From an uncultured Chloroflexia bacterium (lineage in GTDB: Bacteria > Chloroflexota > Limnocylindria > Limnocylindrales > CSP1-4): a DNA stretch of 64,000 nt. This document shows positions 20,142-29,570 of this stretch, one piece after another. How positions within the stretch are numbered: the stretch's first letter is position 1; each line of letters starts with the position of its first letter. The translations under genes were made by a program, and so were the position numbers. The stretch lies in assembly GCA_963732805.1 (NCBI GenBank), contig CAVTAW010000001.1, positions 1,579,095-1,643,094 on the forward strand, given 5' to 3'. The notes below the pieces were generated by a model. That model ran no database searches. It was given only the letters and a program-made list of their open reading frames with translations, and was not told the origin of the DNA.

Positions 20142-21065
20142 GTGTCCGACCCCCGGCCCATCGGCGTGTTCGACTCCGGGGTCGGCGGGCTGACCGTCCT
20201 GCGCGAGATCCTGCGCCGCTCGCCGCACGAGTCGACGATTTACCTGGGCGACAACGCGCGCGCGCCGTACGGCACCCGCACCGACGACGAGGTCCGGCGG
20301 TTCTCGGCCCAGGCGCTGGACGCGCTGGTCGCCCGGGACGTCAAGGCGCTGGTTGTCGCCTGCAACACGTCGACGGCCGTCGCCCTGCCCGAGCTGCGGG
20401 CCCGCTACGACCTGCCGGTGCTGGGCGTCGTGCGACCCGGCGCGGCGGCCGCGGCGCTGGCCACCCGCAACCGGCGGGTCGGCGTGATCGCGACGCCGGC
20501 AACGGTCCGGTCCCACGCGTACTTCAACGCGATCAAGGACGAGAACCCCGCGGTCGAGGTCTACGAGCACGCAACGCCCCGGTTCGTACCCATGGTCGAG
20601 GCCGGCCAGCTGCGCGGTCCCGAGATCCAGGCCGCCGTCGAGGAGGGCCTGGCCCCCCTGCTCGGCGAGCGCGACGGGGCGGGGGAGTTCGTGTTCCCCC
20701 GGCCGCCGTCGGCCAAGATCGACACCCTGCTGCTGGGCTGCACCCACTACCCGCTGCTGCGCCCCATCCTGTCGGCCGCCGTGGGCGACCGGGTGGCGAT
20801 CGTGGACTCGGCGACGGCGACCGCCTCGTCGCTGGCCGAGCTGCTGTCGATCAACGGCCTCGAGTCGCCGGGCACCACGCGGGGCACGGCGGCAGACCCG
20901 GGTGCGGCGGGACACTCGCGTCCGGCCGAGCGCTACGGATCCCCTCCGACGCACGGCCAGCTGACCACCGGCGACGTGGACCGGTTCCGCGCGATCGCGG
21001 CGCGGATGTTCGGGGATGGGTTCCCGGACATCGAGTCCGTCGAGCTCCGGGGAGACGGCGCATGA
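20142..21065 (+). CDS. murI: Glutamate racemase
   Basis: IGVFDSGVGGLTVL, ACNTST and LGCTHYPLL motifs are present. There is a roughly 40-aa C-terminal extension. Confidence 0.9.
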   Translation: MSDPRPIGVFDSGVGGLTVLREILRRSPHESTIYLGDNARAPYGTRTDDEVRRFSAQALDALVARDVKALVVACNTSTAVALPELRARYDLPVLGVVRPGAAAAALATRNRRVGVIATPATVRSHAYFNAIKDENPAVEVYEHATPRFVPMVEAGQLRGPEIQAAVEEGLAPLLGERDGAGEFVFPRPPSAKIDTLLLGCTHYPLLRPILSAAVGDRVAIVDSATATASSLAELLSINGLESPGTTRGTAADPGAAGHSRPAERYGSPPTHGQLTTGDVDRFRAIAARMFGDGFPDIESVELRGDGA

Positions 21066-22324
21066 GCGCGCCCGGACGACGCGACGATGAGCCGCGGACC
21101 CCGAACGGGCGCGGGCGCCAGGGCGGCATCTCCGAGGAGCGGCTGTGGCAGGTCGGCTTCCTGGTGGGCTCGGTCCTGGGCGCGGCGGTCACGGTGGCCG
21201 GACGCCAGATGGAGCGCTCCGCCCGCAACGCGGGCCTCGTGGACTGGCGACGCGTGGAGGAGATCGCGATCAACCGACTCCGCCGCGCGCCGGGCTCGCT
21301 CGACGAACAGACGCTGCGTGCCACCGAGGGCGCCTACGCGGACGCGATGGCCAGGGTCGTGCCGGCCCTCGGCGAGCACCTGGGCACCCAGCTGCCCGGG
21401 GTCGTGGAGCGGGCCGCGGTGGTGGACCGCGCGGCCTGGGTACGGGCGAACACCGACGCGTTCGCGGGCCTCATCGGCAGGCTCGAGGGAGACCTGCTGG
21501 AGCAGATGCTGCCGCCCGGGAGCGGGTTCACCAAGGCGACCATCACGCTCGCCAATCGATGGGTCACGACCCGCCAGCTGGGCCTGCTGCTGGGCTTCAT
21601 GGGCCAGCGGGTGCTCGGACAGTACGATCTCGCGCTGCTGTCGGCCGAGACGACCCCGGGACGCCTGCTGTTCGTCGAGGAGAACATCCGCCAGACGGCG
21701 ACCACGCTGGGCGTTCCCCTGGGACCGTTCAGGACCTGGATCGCCCTCCACGAGACCACGCACGCCTTCGAGTTCGAGGCGCATCCCTGGCTTCGGCCCT
21801 ATCTCGCGGGGCGCCTCGAGCGGCAGCTGTCGCTGTTCTCGCAGGACGCATCGTCGCTGGGACGAGACGCCGCACGTGCGCTGGGGGCCGCGTTGCGCGG
21901 GGACGGCCGACGGGACGACCAGCACTGGATGGAGCGGCTCATGTCCGATGAGCAGCGCCGCCTGTTCCGGGAGACGCAGGCCGTGATGAGCCTGCTCGAA
22001 GGGTTCGGCGACCACGTGATGGACGCCGTCGGCCGAGACCTCGTCCCCGGGGTCGAGCGCATCTCCGCCCGGTTCCACGGACGGCGCGAGCAGCGGACGC
22101 CGTTCGAGCGAGCCATGCTGCGGATCACGGGCATGGACCTCAAGATGGAGCAGTACCGTAAGGGCGAGGCCTTCGTCGCGGGCATCGAGCGCCTCGCGGG
22201 CGCTCCGGCCCTGCGCCGGCTTTGGGACGGACCCGAAACGCTCCCGACGCCCGAGGAGATCGAGGCGCCCGAGGCCTGGGTCCGGCGGCTGGGCCTCAAC
22301 CAGCTTGCGGGAGGGGAGTCGTGA
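21062..22324 (+). CDS. Zinc-dependent metalloprotease, DUF2342 / TIGR03624-like
   Basis: 420 aa with the HETTHAFEF zinc motif and conserved LMSLLEGFGDHVMD. Its start overlaps the murI stop (ATGA). Confidence 0.75.
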   Translation: MSAPGRRDDEPRTPNGRGRQGGISEERLWQVGFLVGSVLGAAVTVAGRQMERSARNAGLVDWRRVEEIAINRLRRAPGSLDEQTLRATEGAYADAMARVVPALGEHLGTQLPGVVERAAVVDRAAWVRANTDAFAGLIGRLEGDLLEQMLPPGSGFTKATITLANRWVTTRQLGLLLGFMGQRVLGQYDLALLSAETTPGRLLFVEENIRQTATTLGVPLGPFRTWIALHETTHAFEFEAHPWLRPYLAGRLERQLSLFSQDASSLGRDAARALGAALRGDGRRDDQHWMERLMSDEQRRLFRETQAVMSLLEGFGDHVMDAVGRDLVPGVERISARFHGRREQRTPFERAMLRITGMDLKMEQYRKGEAFVAGIERLAGAPALRRLWDGPETLPTPEEIEAPEAWVRRLGLNQLAGGES

Positions 22325-23385
22325 CCGATACGGCGTCACGGACGCCGGGGCCCGGGTCCGGGCCGGGTGGCGTACCGACGGCCATCGCCCTGACCCCGAT
22401 CCTGGCTGCCCGCTATCGAAGCCAGGATCTGGATGCGATCCGGGCAGCCTCGCCCGGCTCGCGGATCGTCACGATCGGGTTCGACGGCCACCCCGACGGG
22501 CCGCTGGATGATGTCGAGGTCATGCTTCGCGGCCGGCTGCCCGCGGACACCTTCGACCGGATCCTTGCCCGCGCCCCCGACCTGCGCTGGGTCCACTCGG
22601 CGACCGCGGGGGTGGAGCGCGTGCTCACCCCGTCCAGCCGGGCGCGCGACCTGACCATCACCAATGCGCGCGGCGTCTTCTCACGGCCCATCGCCGAGTA
22701 CGTGATGCTCATGATCCTGGCCGTCGCGCGGCGATTGCCGCAGCTGCTGGAGCTGCAGGCCGAGCGAACCTGGCAGCCGCTCGAGTCGCGGGAGCTGCGG
22801 GATGTCACGGTTGGCATCGTCGGGCTGGGGTCGATCGGACGAGCCGTGGGAGCGCTCGCGACGGCATTCGGCTGTCGGGTGATCGCAACCCGCCGGCGCC
22901 CGGAGGCGGGTTCCGCGGCGGCCGACGGCGCCGGCGACGAGCCCTTCCTGGGCACGCTGATGCTGGACCGCGTGCTGCCACCGGAGCGGCTGCCCGAGCT
23001 GCTCGCCGAGTCGGACTTCGTGGTCCTGGCGGCACCGCTCACCGTCGACACCCACGGGCTGATCGGCGAGGAGGCGATCTCGCGCCTCAAGCCTGGTGCC
23101 TGGGTCATCAACGTGGCCCGCGGCGAGCTGGTGAACGAGCGGGCGCTGGGCCGGGCGCTGCGCGACGGACGGATCGGGGGAGCGGTGCTGGACACGTTCC
23201 GGGAGGAGCCGCTGCCAGCGTCGTCGGCGCTGTACGACCTGCCCAACGTGATCCTCACGCCGCACACGTCATGGTCCTCGACCCGCGTCCTCGACCGCTC
23301 CGTCGGCCTGTTCTGCGACAACCTGCAGCGATACGCGGCGGGACAGCCGCTGGTCAACGTCGTCGACCCGGACGCCGGCTACTGA
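22321..23385 (+). CDS. D-isomer-specific 2-hydroxyacid dehydrogenase
   Basis: NAD-binding site VGIVGLGSIGRAV is present, plus catalytic region VINVARGELV and LTPHTS. GTG 22321 overlaps the previous stop (GTGA) and follows GGGAGGGGAG. Confidence 0.85.
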   Translation: MTDTASRTPGPGSGPGGVPTAIALTPILAARYRSQDLDAIRAASPGSRIVTIGFDGHPDGPLDDVEVMLRGRLPADTFDRILARAPDLRWVHSATAGVERVLTPSSRARDLTITNARGVFSRPIAEYVMLMILAVARRLPQLLELQAERTWQPLESRELRDVTVGIVGLGSIGRAVGALATAFGCRVIATRRRPEAGSAAADGAGDEPFLGTLMLDRVLPPERLPELLAESDFVVLAAPLTVDTHGLIGEEAISRLKPGAWVINVARGELVNERALGRALRDGRIGGAVLDTFREEPLPASSALYDLPNVILTPHTSWSSTRVLDRSVGLFCDNLQRYAAGQPLVNVVDPDAGY

Positions 23386-23490
23386 GCCAGACGCCGGCTG
23401 CTGACCGGCCGCGGCCGCTCGGCCGCTGACGCGCCGCCCGGCGGCCCACCGGGAGCGCGCCGACGGGCCGGGTGCGCCGCTCGCTCCCGG

Positions 23491-23502
23491 TAGGATCAAC
23501 CC
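23491..23502 (+). promoter_or_regulatory. -10 box TAGGAT placed 6 nt before the ychF ATG (leaderless-type promoter)
   Basis: Read directly: cggTAGGATcaacccATG. There is no Shine-Dalgarno sequence between the box and the start. Confidence 0.4.
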
Positions 23503-24609
23503 ATGCAGATCGCGATCGTGGGGCTCGCGGGCGCCGGCAAGACCACCGTGTTCAACACCCTGACCCGCGGCCATGCCGAGACCGGTGGCTACGGCGGCCT
23601 CCAGCTCAACGTGGGCGTGGTCAAGGTTCCCGACCCCCGCCTGGACCGGCTGGCCGAGCTGTTCCATCCCAGGAAGATCGTCCACGCCGACGTGACCTAC
23701 GTGGACCTGCCGGCGCCGCCGGCCTCATCGGAGGGCCGTGTCGGCACCGATGAGCTGCCCGCCGAGCACCTTGCCCGCCTCCGCGAGGCGGATGCGCTCA
23801 TCCATGTCGTGCGGGCGTGGGACGACGTCCATCATCCGCACCCGGAGGGGTCCGTGGACCCGGCGCGGGACCTCGAGCGACTCGACCTCGAGTTCGCGCT
23901 GGCGGACCTCGCCCACATCGAACGTCGCCTGGAGCGCCTCCACGCGGGCGGGGGGCGCCACGGGACGCCCGCCGAGCGCGAGGCCAACGAGCGCGAGGAG
24001 CAGATCCTGGTCCGGCTGAAGGCGGTCCTCGAGGCGGGCCGGCCGATCCGCGACGAGGCGCTCGACGCCGACGACGAGAAGGCGGTTCGCGGCTTCCGGT
24101 TCCTCACCCAGAAGCCCGTGCTGATCCTGCTCAACGTGGGCGAGAACGACCTGGCCGGCGCGCCCGCCATGATCAATCGACTGGAGGCAGGCTACGCGCA
24201 CCGCCACGCGATGATCGACGCGTTGTCGGCGAAGATCGAGATGGAGCTGGGTGAGCTGGAGCCCGACGAGGCGGCCGTGTTCATGGAGGAGCTGGGCCTC
24301 ACGGCGTCCAGCCTCGACCGGGTGATCGCGCTGTCATACCGGCTGGTCGGCCTGATCTCGTTCCTGACGGCGGGCCCCGACGAGGTCCGCGCGTGGCCGA
24401 TCCTCGACGGCTCCACGGCCGTGGACGCGGCGGGCGCGATCCATACCGACCTCGCCCACGGGTTCATCCGGGCGGAGACGATCGCCTACGAGGAGCTGCT
24501 GGCGGCCGGGTCGATGGCCGAGGCCAAGCGGCACGGGAAGGTGCGTTCGGAGGGCAAGACGTACCAGGTCCGGGACGGGGACGTCATCGAGATCCTGTTC
24601 AGCCGCTGA
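23503..24609 (+). CDS. ychF: Ribosome-binding/redox-regulated ATPase YchF
   Basis: 368 aa with P-loop GLAGAGKTT. The C-terminal TGS-like region is RAWPILDGSTAVDAAGAIHTDLAHGFIRAE...EGKTYQVRDGDVIEILF. Confidence 0.9.
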   Translation: MQIAIVGLAGAGKTTVFNTLTRGHAETGGYGGLQLNVGVVKVPDPRLDRLAELFHPRKIVHADVTYVDLPAPPASSEGRVGTDELPAEHLARLREADALIHVVRAWDDVHHPHPEGSVDPARDLERLDLEFALADLAHIERRLERLHAGGGRHGTPAEREANEREEQILVRLKAVLEAGRPIRDEALDADDEKAVRGFRFLTQKPVLILLNVGENDLAGAPAMINRLEAGYAHRHAMIDALSAKIEMELGELEPDEAAVFMEELGLTASSLDRVIALSYRLVGLISFLTAGPDEVRAWPILDGSTAVDAAGAIHTDLAHGFIRAETIAYEELLAAGSMAEAKRHGKVRSEGKTYQVRDGDVIEILFSR

Positions 24610-24682
24610 CCTGCCGGTCCGGCTGCGGATCCGGTCGTGCCACCGCCGATCCGCCTCGAGCCGCCCGGCGGACCGGTGCCCG

Positions 24683-25027
24683 CTAGTTGGGCCGCGTCTC
24701 GCCCTGCTGGAGATCGGCCAGGATCGAGACGTAGTCCACGCTCTCCTCGGGGGCATCGAGGTCGGCGAGGAAGTTCTCGTCCTCGTCCTTGGACACGTTC
24801 ACCGCCGCCGTCAGCCGATCGTCGGTGACCGCGATGAAGCCGTAGTCGCGCTCCAGCTCCTCGGCGATGGCCTCGACCAGCGTGTTCTGCTCGTAGGAGT
24901 CCTGGATCCGGCGCCGGATCGACTGCACGACGTCGAAGAACTCCTCGGGCTCCATCTCCTCCTCGCGGGCAAGGAGCAGGTCGGCGAAGACGTTGTCGTC
25001 GCCCTCGTGCAGCTCGTAGAAGTGCAT
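24683..25027 (-). CDS. Hypothetical small acidic protein (114 aa)
   Basis: ORF 24683..25141 is trimmed to ATG 25027, which is preceded by GAGG. MHFYELHEGDDNVFADLLLAREEEMEPEEFFD... is very Asp/Glu-rich. I recognise no family. Confidence 0.55.
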   Translation of the reverse strand: MHFYELHEGDDNVFADLLLAREEEMEPEEFFDVVQSIRRRIQDSYEQNTLVEAIAEELERDYGFIAVTDDRLTAAVNVSKDEDENFLADLDAPEESVDYVSILADLQQGETRPN

Positions 25028-25128
25028 GATGTGGAACCTCGGTCGGATGGCGGCCGGATGGCCGTCGGCGCGGGTGCGCGGGGCGGCCAGTATAGGCGGG
25101 CGCCCGACGGGTCCCGTTCGGAGGAGGG

Positions 25129-26057
25129 ATGGACGAAGCACCGTCGGTCGTGGTGGTCGGTGCCGCCTGCCGTGACCTCGTCGAGGATGACCCGCGTGGC
25201 TGGAGGCTGGGTGGCGGTGCCTCCTACTCGGCGCTTGCGCTCGCCCGGCTCGGGCTGCGAGTCGGCGCGCTGATCGTCGCTGACTCCCTGGCCGAGGGCT
25301 CCGAGGAGTTGGACATGGTCCGGGCGGCGGGCGTCGATGTCGTGGTCATCCCCGGTACCCACGGGCCCGTGTTCATCAACACGGAGACGCCGACGGGCCG
25401 CATCCAGCACACGCCGCAGGTGTCCGACCCGGTCGACCCGGGGGCCCTCCCCCCGCCTGGCGAGAGGTGCAGGCATGGATGTTCGCCCCGGTCGCCGCGG
25501 AGGTCCATGACGAGTGGGCACGCGTGCCGCCCCCGGACGCGCTGGTCGCCCTCGGCTGGCAGGGCCTGCTGCGGGTGCTCCGCGAGGGCGCCGCAGTGCG
25601 GCACCTGAAGCCCGGTCCGTCGGCCGTCGTCCGGAGGGCGGACCTGATCGGCGTTGGCCGGGACGACATCGACGCGTCGATCACGACGGCTGACCTCGTC
25701 GCCCTGATGCATCCCGGGGCCACCCTGCTGCTGACCGACGGGGTCCATGGCGGGCTGGCGACCGACGTCCCGGGGGGCGGAGCGGTCGGCCGGCAACGGC
25801 GCTGGGCGAGCATCCCGGTGGAGCACTACGTGGATCCGGTCGGTGCCGGGGATACGTTCCTTGCCGGCGTGTTCGCCGCACGGGTGGACCCGTCGCTGGC
25901 CTCGGCTTGGCGTGGGGATGACCCGGATCTCCGGCTCGGGGCCGCCTGCGGCTCGCTGGTCCTCGAGGGGCCGGGGCTGTTCGGTGTGCCCGACCTGGAG
26001 GCGGCCCAACACCGGATGCTGCGCGGGCGGGGGAGTGCGGACGACCGGCTCGCATAG
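25129..26057 (+). pseudogene. PfkB-family carbohydrate kinase, one frameshift in the C6 run 25449-25454
   Basis: The N-part is VVVVGAACRDLV...GGGASYSALALARLG (ORF 25129..25608). The C-part holds the PfkB signature DPVGAGDTFLAGVF (ORF 25467..26057). Confidence 0.75.
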
Positions 26058-26123
26058 CGAGGCCTGACGCCCGGTCGCCTTCGGTCGGGCCTGGCGGGTA
26101 CGGGGCCCATCGCGGCGCGAGGT

Positions 26124-26135
26124 GCAAGCGCTTGC
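26124..26135. promoter_or_regulatory. LacI/GalR-type operator, perfect palindrome GCAAGCGCTTGC (site 1)
   Basis: Read directly. It lies about 95 nt upstream of the Gfo/Idh/MocA start and overlaps the -35 position relative to a possible -10 TAGGGC at 26150-26155. Confidence 0.55.
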
Positions 26136-26229
26136 GTCGCGTGGCAGCATAGGGCGGCGGCATCGGGCGGCGAGACGGGCGATGGACGATCGCCCGCCGC
26201 GGGCCCAGGGCGCCGACAGGGAGCTCGAA

Positions 26230-27243
26230 GTGCGCCGGCTGGGCATCGGGGTGGTGGGGCTGGGACGAATGGGCGCCATGCATGCCCGCTACATCGCGGG
26301 CGGCGTGCCCGAGGCTCGCCTGGTCGCGATCGCCGACGCGGATGGGGATCGCGGGCGGCAGATGGCCGGGGAGCTCGACGTCGCCCGCGTCTACGCGTCG
26401 ACCGCGGAGCTCGTCGCCGATCCGGCCGTGGACGCCGTGCTGATCGCGACTCCTTCGGTCCGGCACCCCGACGACGTCGCCGCGGCCGCGGCCGCCGGCC
26501 GGCACATCCTGTGCGAGAAGCCGCTGGCCCTCACGGTGGACGGCTGCCGTTCGGCCCTGGACGCCGTGACCGCCGCGGGCGTCCGGCTCCAGGTGGGCCT
26601 GATGCGCCGCCACGACGCGGACTATCGCCGGGCCCACGCGCGGCTCCGGGCGGGCGATTGCGGCCGGCCGGTCCTGTTCCGGAGCCTCCAGTTCGACCCG
26701 GAGCCCCCGCCACCGGCGTTCTGCGATCCGGAGGTCTCGGGCGGGATCTTCGTGGACATGGGGATCCACGAGTTCGACCTCGCCCGCTGGCTGGTCGGCG
26801 ACGAGGTCGTGGAGGTCCATGCGTTCGGGTCCACGCTCGGCGTGCCCGGGTTGGCCGAGGTCGGCGACTACGACAGCGCCGTGGCGATCCTGCGCTTCGC
26901 GGGTGGCGCAACGGGCGCCGTCGAGCTGGCCCGCACCGCCGTGTACGGCGAGGACGTCCGGACGGAGGTGCTCGGGACCGATGGAACGGTGTTCGTCGGG
27001 CGACTGCCCACCTCGCACGGCGCGTTCGGGCGGGCGGGCGCCATCGTCGCGGACACCATCGACCCTGCGATCCTCCGGTTCACCGCCGCGTACGCCGACC
27101 AGGTTCGCGCGTTTGCCGTTGCCGTGCTCGCGGACGAGCCGGTCGAGCCGGACGGCGAGGCCTCCCTCGCCGCCCTGCGCATCGCCCTCGCCGCCCGGCG
27201 ATCCGCGGCCGAGGGCCGCCCGATGGCGGTCGCTCCGGCGTGA
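26230..27243 (+). CDS. Gfo/Idh/MocA-family NAD(P)-dependent oxidoreductase
   Basis: Rossmann motif IGVVGLGRMGAMHA, the EKP motif (ILCEKPLA) and GGIFVDMGIHEFDLARW are present. GTG 26230 follows AGGGAG. ORF 26122 upstream of that is 5' UTR. Confidence 0.8.
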   Translation: MRRLGIGVVGLGRMGAMHARYIAGGVPEARLVAIADADGDRGRQMAGELDVARVYASTAELVADPAVDAVLIATPSVRHPDDVAAAAAAGRHILCEKPLALTVDGCRSALDAVTAAGVRLQVGLMRRHDADYRRAHARLRAGDCGRPVLFRSLQFDPEPPPPAFCDPEVSGGIFVDMGIHEFDLARWLVGDEVVEVHAFGSTLGVPGLAEVGDYDSAVAILRFAGGATGAVELARTAVYGEDVRTEVLGTDGTVFVGRLPTSHGAFGRAGAIVADTIDPAILRFTAAYADQVRAFAVAVLADEPVEPDGEASLAALRIALAARRSAAEGRPMAVAPA

Positions 27244-28241
27244 CCCGGGAGCCGCTCGCGATCGGGTTCCAGGTCTGGGGCCAGCACGCGTCGTGGCCGG
27301 AGCTTGCCGGGACGGCCTCGCGCATCGAGTCGCTCGGCTTCGACAGCCTGTGGACGAACGACCACTTCTTCCCGGCCGCCGGGACGGCGGCGGCCATGCC
27401 GGACGCCGCCCCCGGTCCGTTCCTGGAGGGCTGGATCACGCTTGCCGCCTTCGCGGCGCTTACCTCCCGGGTCCGGCTGGGCATCCTCGTCAGCGCCGCG
27501 GGGTATCGCTCGGTCGGGTTGACCGTGAAGCAGGCGACGGCGGTCGACCATGTGTCGGGTGGCCGGATGACGCTGGGCCTGGGCGCAGGCTGGCATCCCC
27601 GCGACCACGCGGCCTTCGGCTTCGAGCTGCTGCCGATCGGCGCCCGGCTGGACAGGCTCGAGGCACAGGCGTCAGCGGCCCGTGCCCTGCTCCGCGGGGA
27701 GACCGTGACCGCCGCCGGCCCCTACGTCACGCTCGATCGTGCCGTCAACCTGCCCGGACCCCTCCGCGACACGCTGCCGATCCTGATCGGGGGCAGCGGC
27801 GAGCGACGAACGTTGCGGATCGTCGCGCGCCATGCCGACGCCTGGAACGGGGAAGGCGACGCCGGCACGTGGGCCCGCCTGAACCGGATCCTCGACGAGC
27901 ACTGTGCCGCCGTGGGTCGTGACCCCTCGACGATCCGGCGCACCGTTGGACTGCCCCCGGTCTCGATCCGCGCCACGCGTGACGAGGCCCGGCGGGCGCT
28001 CGTCGAGCGGCTGCGGGCCCAGCGTCTGGACCCGCCCGAAGCCGAGGCGCTGGCCGCAGGCTCACCCCTCGTGGGCACGGCGGGCGAGGTTGCCGGCGCC
28101 CTGGCGGCGTACGCGCAGGCCGGGGCTGACGAGGCGATCATCGACTGGCCGGCGCCGTTCGACGGCGAGACGCTGGACCGCCTGGCCTCGCTTCGAGGCG
28201 GCTCGACGGAGGCTTCGGACCAGCCCGCGACCCCTCGTTGA
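27240..28241 (+). CDS. LLM-class (luciferase-like) F420-dependent oxidoreductase
   Basis: It lies within the frame of ORF 26511..28241. IGFQVWGQHASWPELAGTASRIESLGFDSLWTNDHF and LGLGAGW motifs are present. GTG 27240 overlaps the previous stop (GTGA). Confidence 0.8.
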   Translation: MTREPLAIGFQVWGQHASWPELAGTASRIESLGFDSLWTNDHFFPAAGTAAAMPDAAPGPFLEGWITLAAFAALTSRVRLGILVSAAGYRSVGLTVKQATAVDHVSGGRMTLGLGAGWHPRDHAAFGFELLPIGARLDRLEAQASAARALLRGETVTAAGPYVTLDRAVNLPGPLRDTLPILIGGSGERRTLRIVARHADAWNGEGDAGTWARLNRILDEHCAAVGRDPSTIRRTVGLPPVSIRATRDEARRALVERLRAQRLDPPEAEALAAGSPLVGTAGEVAGALAAYAQAGADEAIIDWPAPFDGETLDRLASLRGGSTEASDQPATPR

Positions 28242-28266
28242 CACTCACCGACCCGAATGTTAGGGT
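28238..28266 (+). promoter_or_regulatory. Sigma-70-type promoter TTGACA-N17-TAGGGT for the ABC transporter operon
   Basis: Read directly: TTGACA 28238-28243, a 17-nt spacer, TAGGGT 28261-28266. Confidence 0.5.
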
Positions 28267-28273
28267 CGCTAGC

Positions 28274-28285
28274 GCAATCGCTTGC
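28274..28285. promoter_or_regulatory. LacI/GalR-type operator GCAATCGCTTGC (site 2), 8 nt downstream of the -10 box
   Basis: It differs at one position from the perfect site-1 palindrome and is the reverse complement of site 3. Its position covers the predicted transcription start. Confidence 0.5.
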
Positions 28286-28408
28286 GATGATCAGGCAGGT
28301 ACCGGAGACGACCGTGACGAATCGGCTCCAGGCCCGCGACGCGGGAGGCGCGCGCAGGCCGCCACCCGTGGTGCGTCTGCCGCCGGATCCGTCCGCAGGC
28401 CGATCACG

Positions 28409-29551
28409 TTGACGGTGACAGCCGTCCGGGACGACGTCCCGGCCACCGGGAGTCCGACGCCCGCGATCGAGCTCGCCGGCGTGACCAAGCGGTACGGCGA
28501 GACGCTCGCGCTCGACGACGTGTCGCTGCGCATCATGCCCGGGGAGTTCTTCTGCCTGCTCGGACCGTCGGGGTGCGGCAAGACCACGACCCTCAACATC
28601 ATCGGCGGGTTCATTCCGCTGACCTCCGGTCAACTGCTGATCCAGGGCAAGGTCGTCAACGATCTCCCGCCGCACAAGCGCAACGTCAACACGGTGTTCC
28701 AGAACTACGCGCTGTTTCCCCACATGACCGTGCGCGAGAACGTCGCGTTCGGGCTCCAGATGGCGGGCATGAAGGGATCCGCGGTCGACGCCAGGGTTCG
28801 CGACTACCTGGACCTGGTGGGCCTCGAGACGCTGGGCGACCGTCAGCCCGGCCAGCTGTCCGGTGGCCAGCAGCAACGGGTGGCGCTGGCGCGAGCGCTG
28901 GTCAAGGAGCCCGCCGTGCTCCTGCTCGACGAGCCGCTCGGTGCCCTCGATCTGAAGCTCCGCAAGCAGATGCAGGTGGAGCTCGCGCGGATCCATCGCC
29001 AGGTGAGGACGACGTTCGTGTTCGTGACCCATGACCAGGAGGAGGCCCTGTCCATGGCCACCCAGGTGGCCGTGATGTCGAACGGCCGCGTCGCCCAGCG
29101 CGGTGCGCCCCGCGATGTCTACTACCGGCCGGTAAGCCGGTTCGTGGCCGATTTCATCGGCGAGTCCAACTTCGTGGCCGGGACGGGAGAAGTCGGTGCC
29201 CAGGCCGGGGCCGAGGCCGGGCGACCGCGGCTGCGCGTCGCCGACGGCACGACGCTGCCGGGACCGGACGATCTTGGCCCGGGCGCGACGACGCTCATGA
29301 TTCGCCCCGAGAGCGTCCACGTGGACGGCGCGCGGCCGGGGGACGATGTGGCGGCGCTGCCCGGACGGGTCGTCGGCGTGAGCTTCCTGGGCGCCTACAC
29401 GCGCCTGACCATCGACACGGCGGCAGGCCGCATCGTGGCCGCGCCGCCGAACGTGGAGGGGTCGCGATCGGCGGCCCGATCCGATCTGCTGGACGAGGAG
29501 GTGTGGGTTTGGTGGTCGCCGTCTGACGCCGTTGTCACGAGCCAGGACTGA
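28409..29551 (+). CDS. ABC transporter ATP-binding protein, PotA (spermidine/putrescine importer) type
   Basis: Walker A GPSGCGKTT, signature LSGGQQQRVALARAL, Walker B LLLDEP and a C-terminal TOBE-like domain are present. The start is uncertain (TTG 28409 or GTG 28415). The ORF's upstream 57 codons are the 5' UTR that holds the promoter and operator. Confidence 0.85.
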   Translation: MTVTAVRDDVPATGSPTPAIELAGVTKRYGETLALDDVSLRIMPGEFFCLLGPSGCGKTTTLNIIGGFIPLTSGQLLIQGKVVNDLPPHKRNVNTVFQNYALFPHMTVRENVAFGLQMAGMKGSAVDARVRDYLDLVGLETLGDRQPGQLSGGQQQRVALARALVKEPAVLLLDEPLGALDLKLRKQMQVELARIHRQVRTTFVFVTHDQEEALSMATQVAVMSNGRVAQRGAPRDVYYRPVSRFVADFIGESNFVAGTGEVGAQAGAEAGRPRLRVADGTTLPGPDDLGPGATTLMIRPESVHVDGARPGDDVAALPGRVVGVSFLGAYTRLTIDTAAGRIVAAPPNVEGSRSAARSDLLDEEVWVWWSPSDAVVTSQD

Positions 29552-29570
29552 AGGAGGAGGAAGCGTTCCC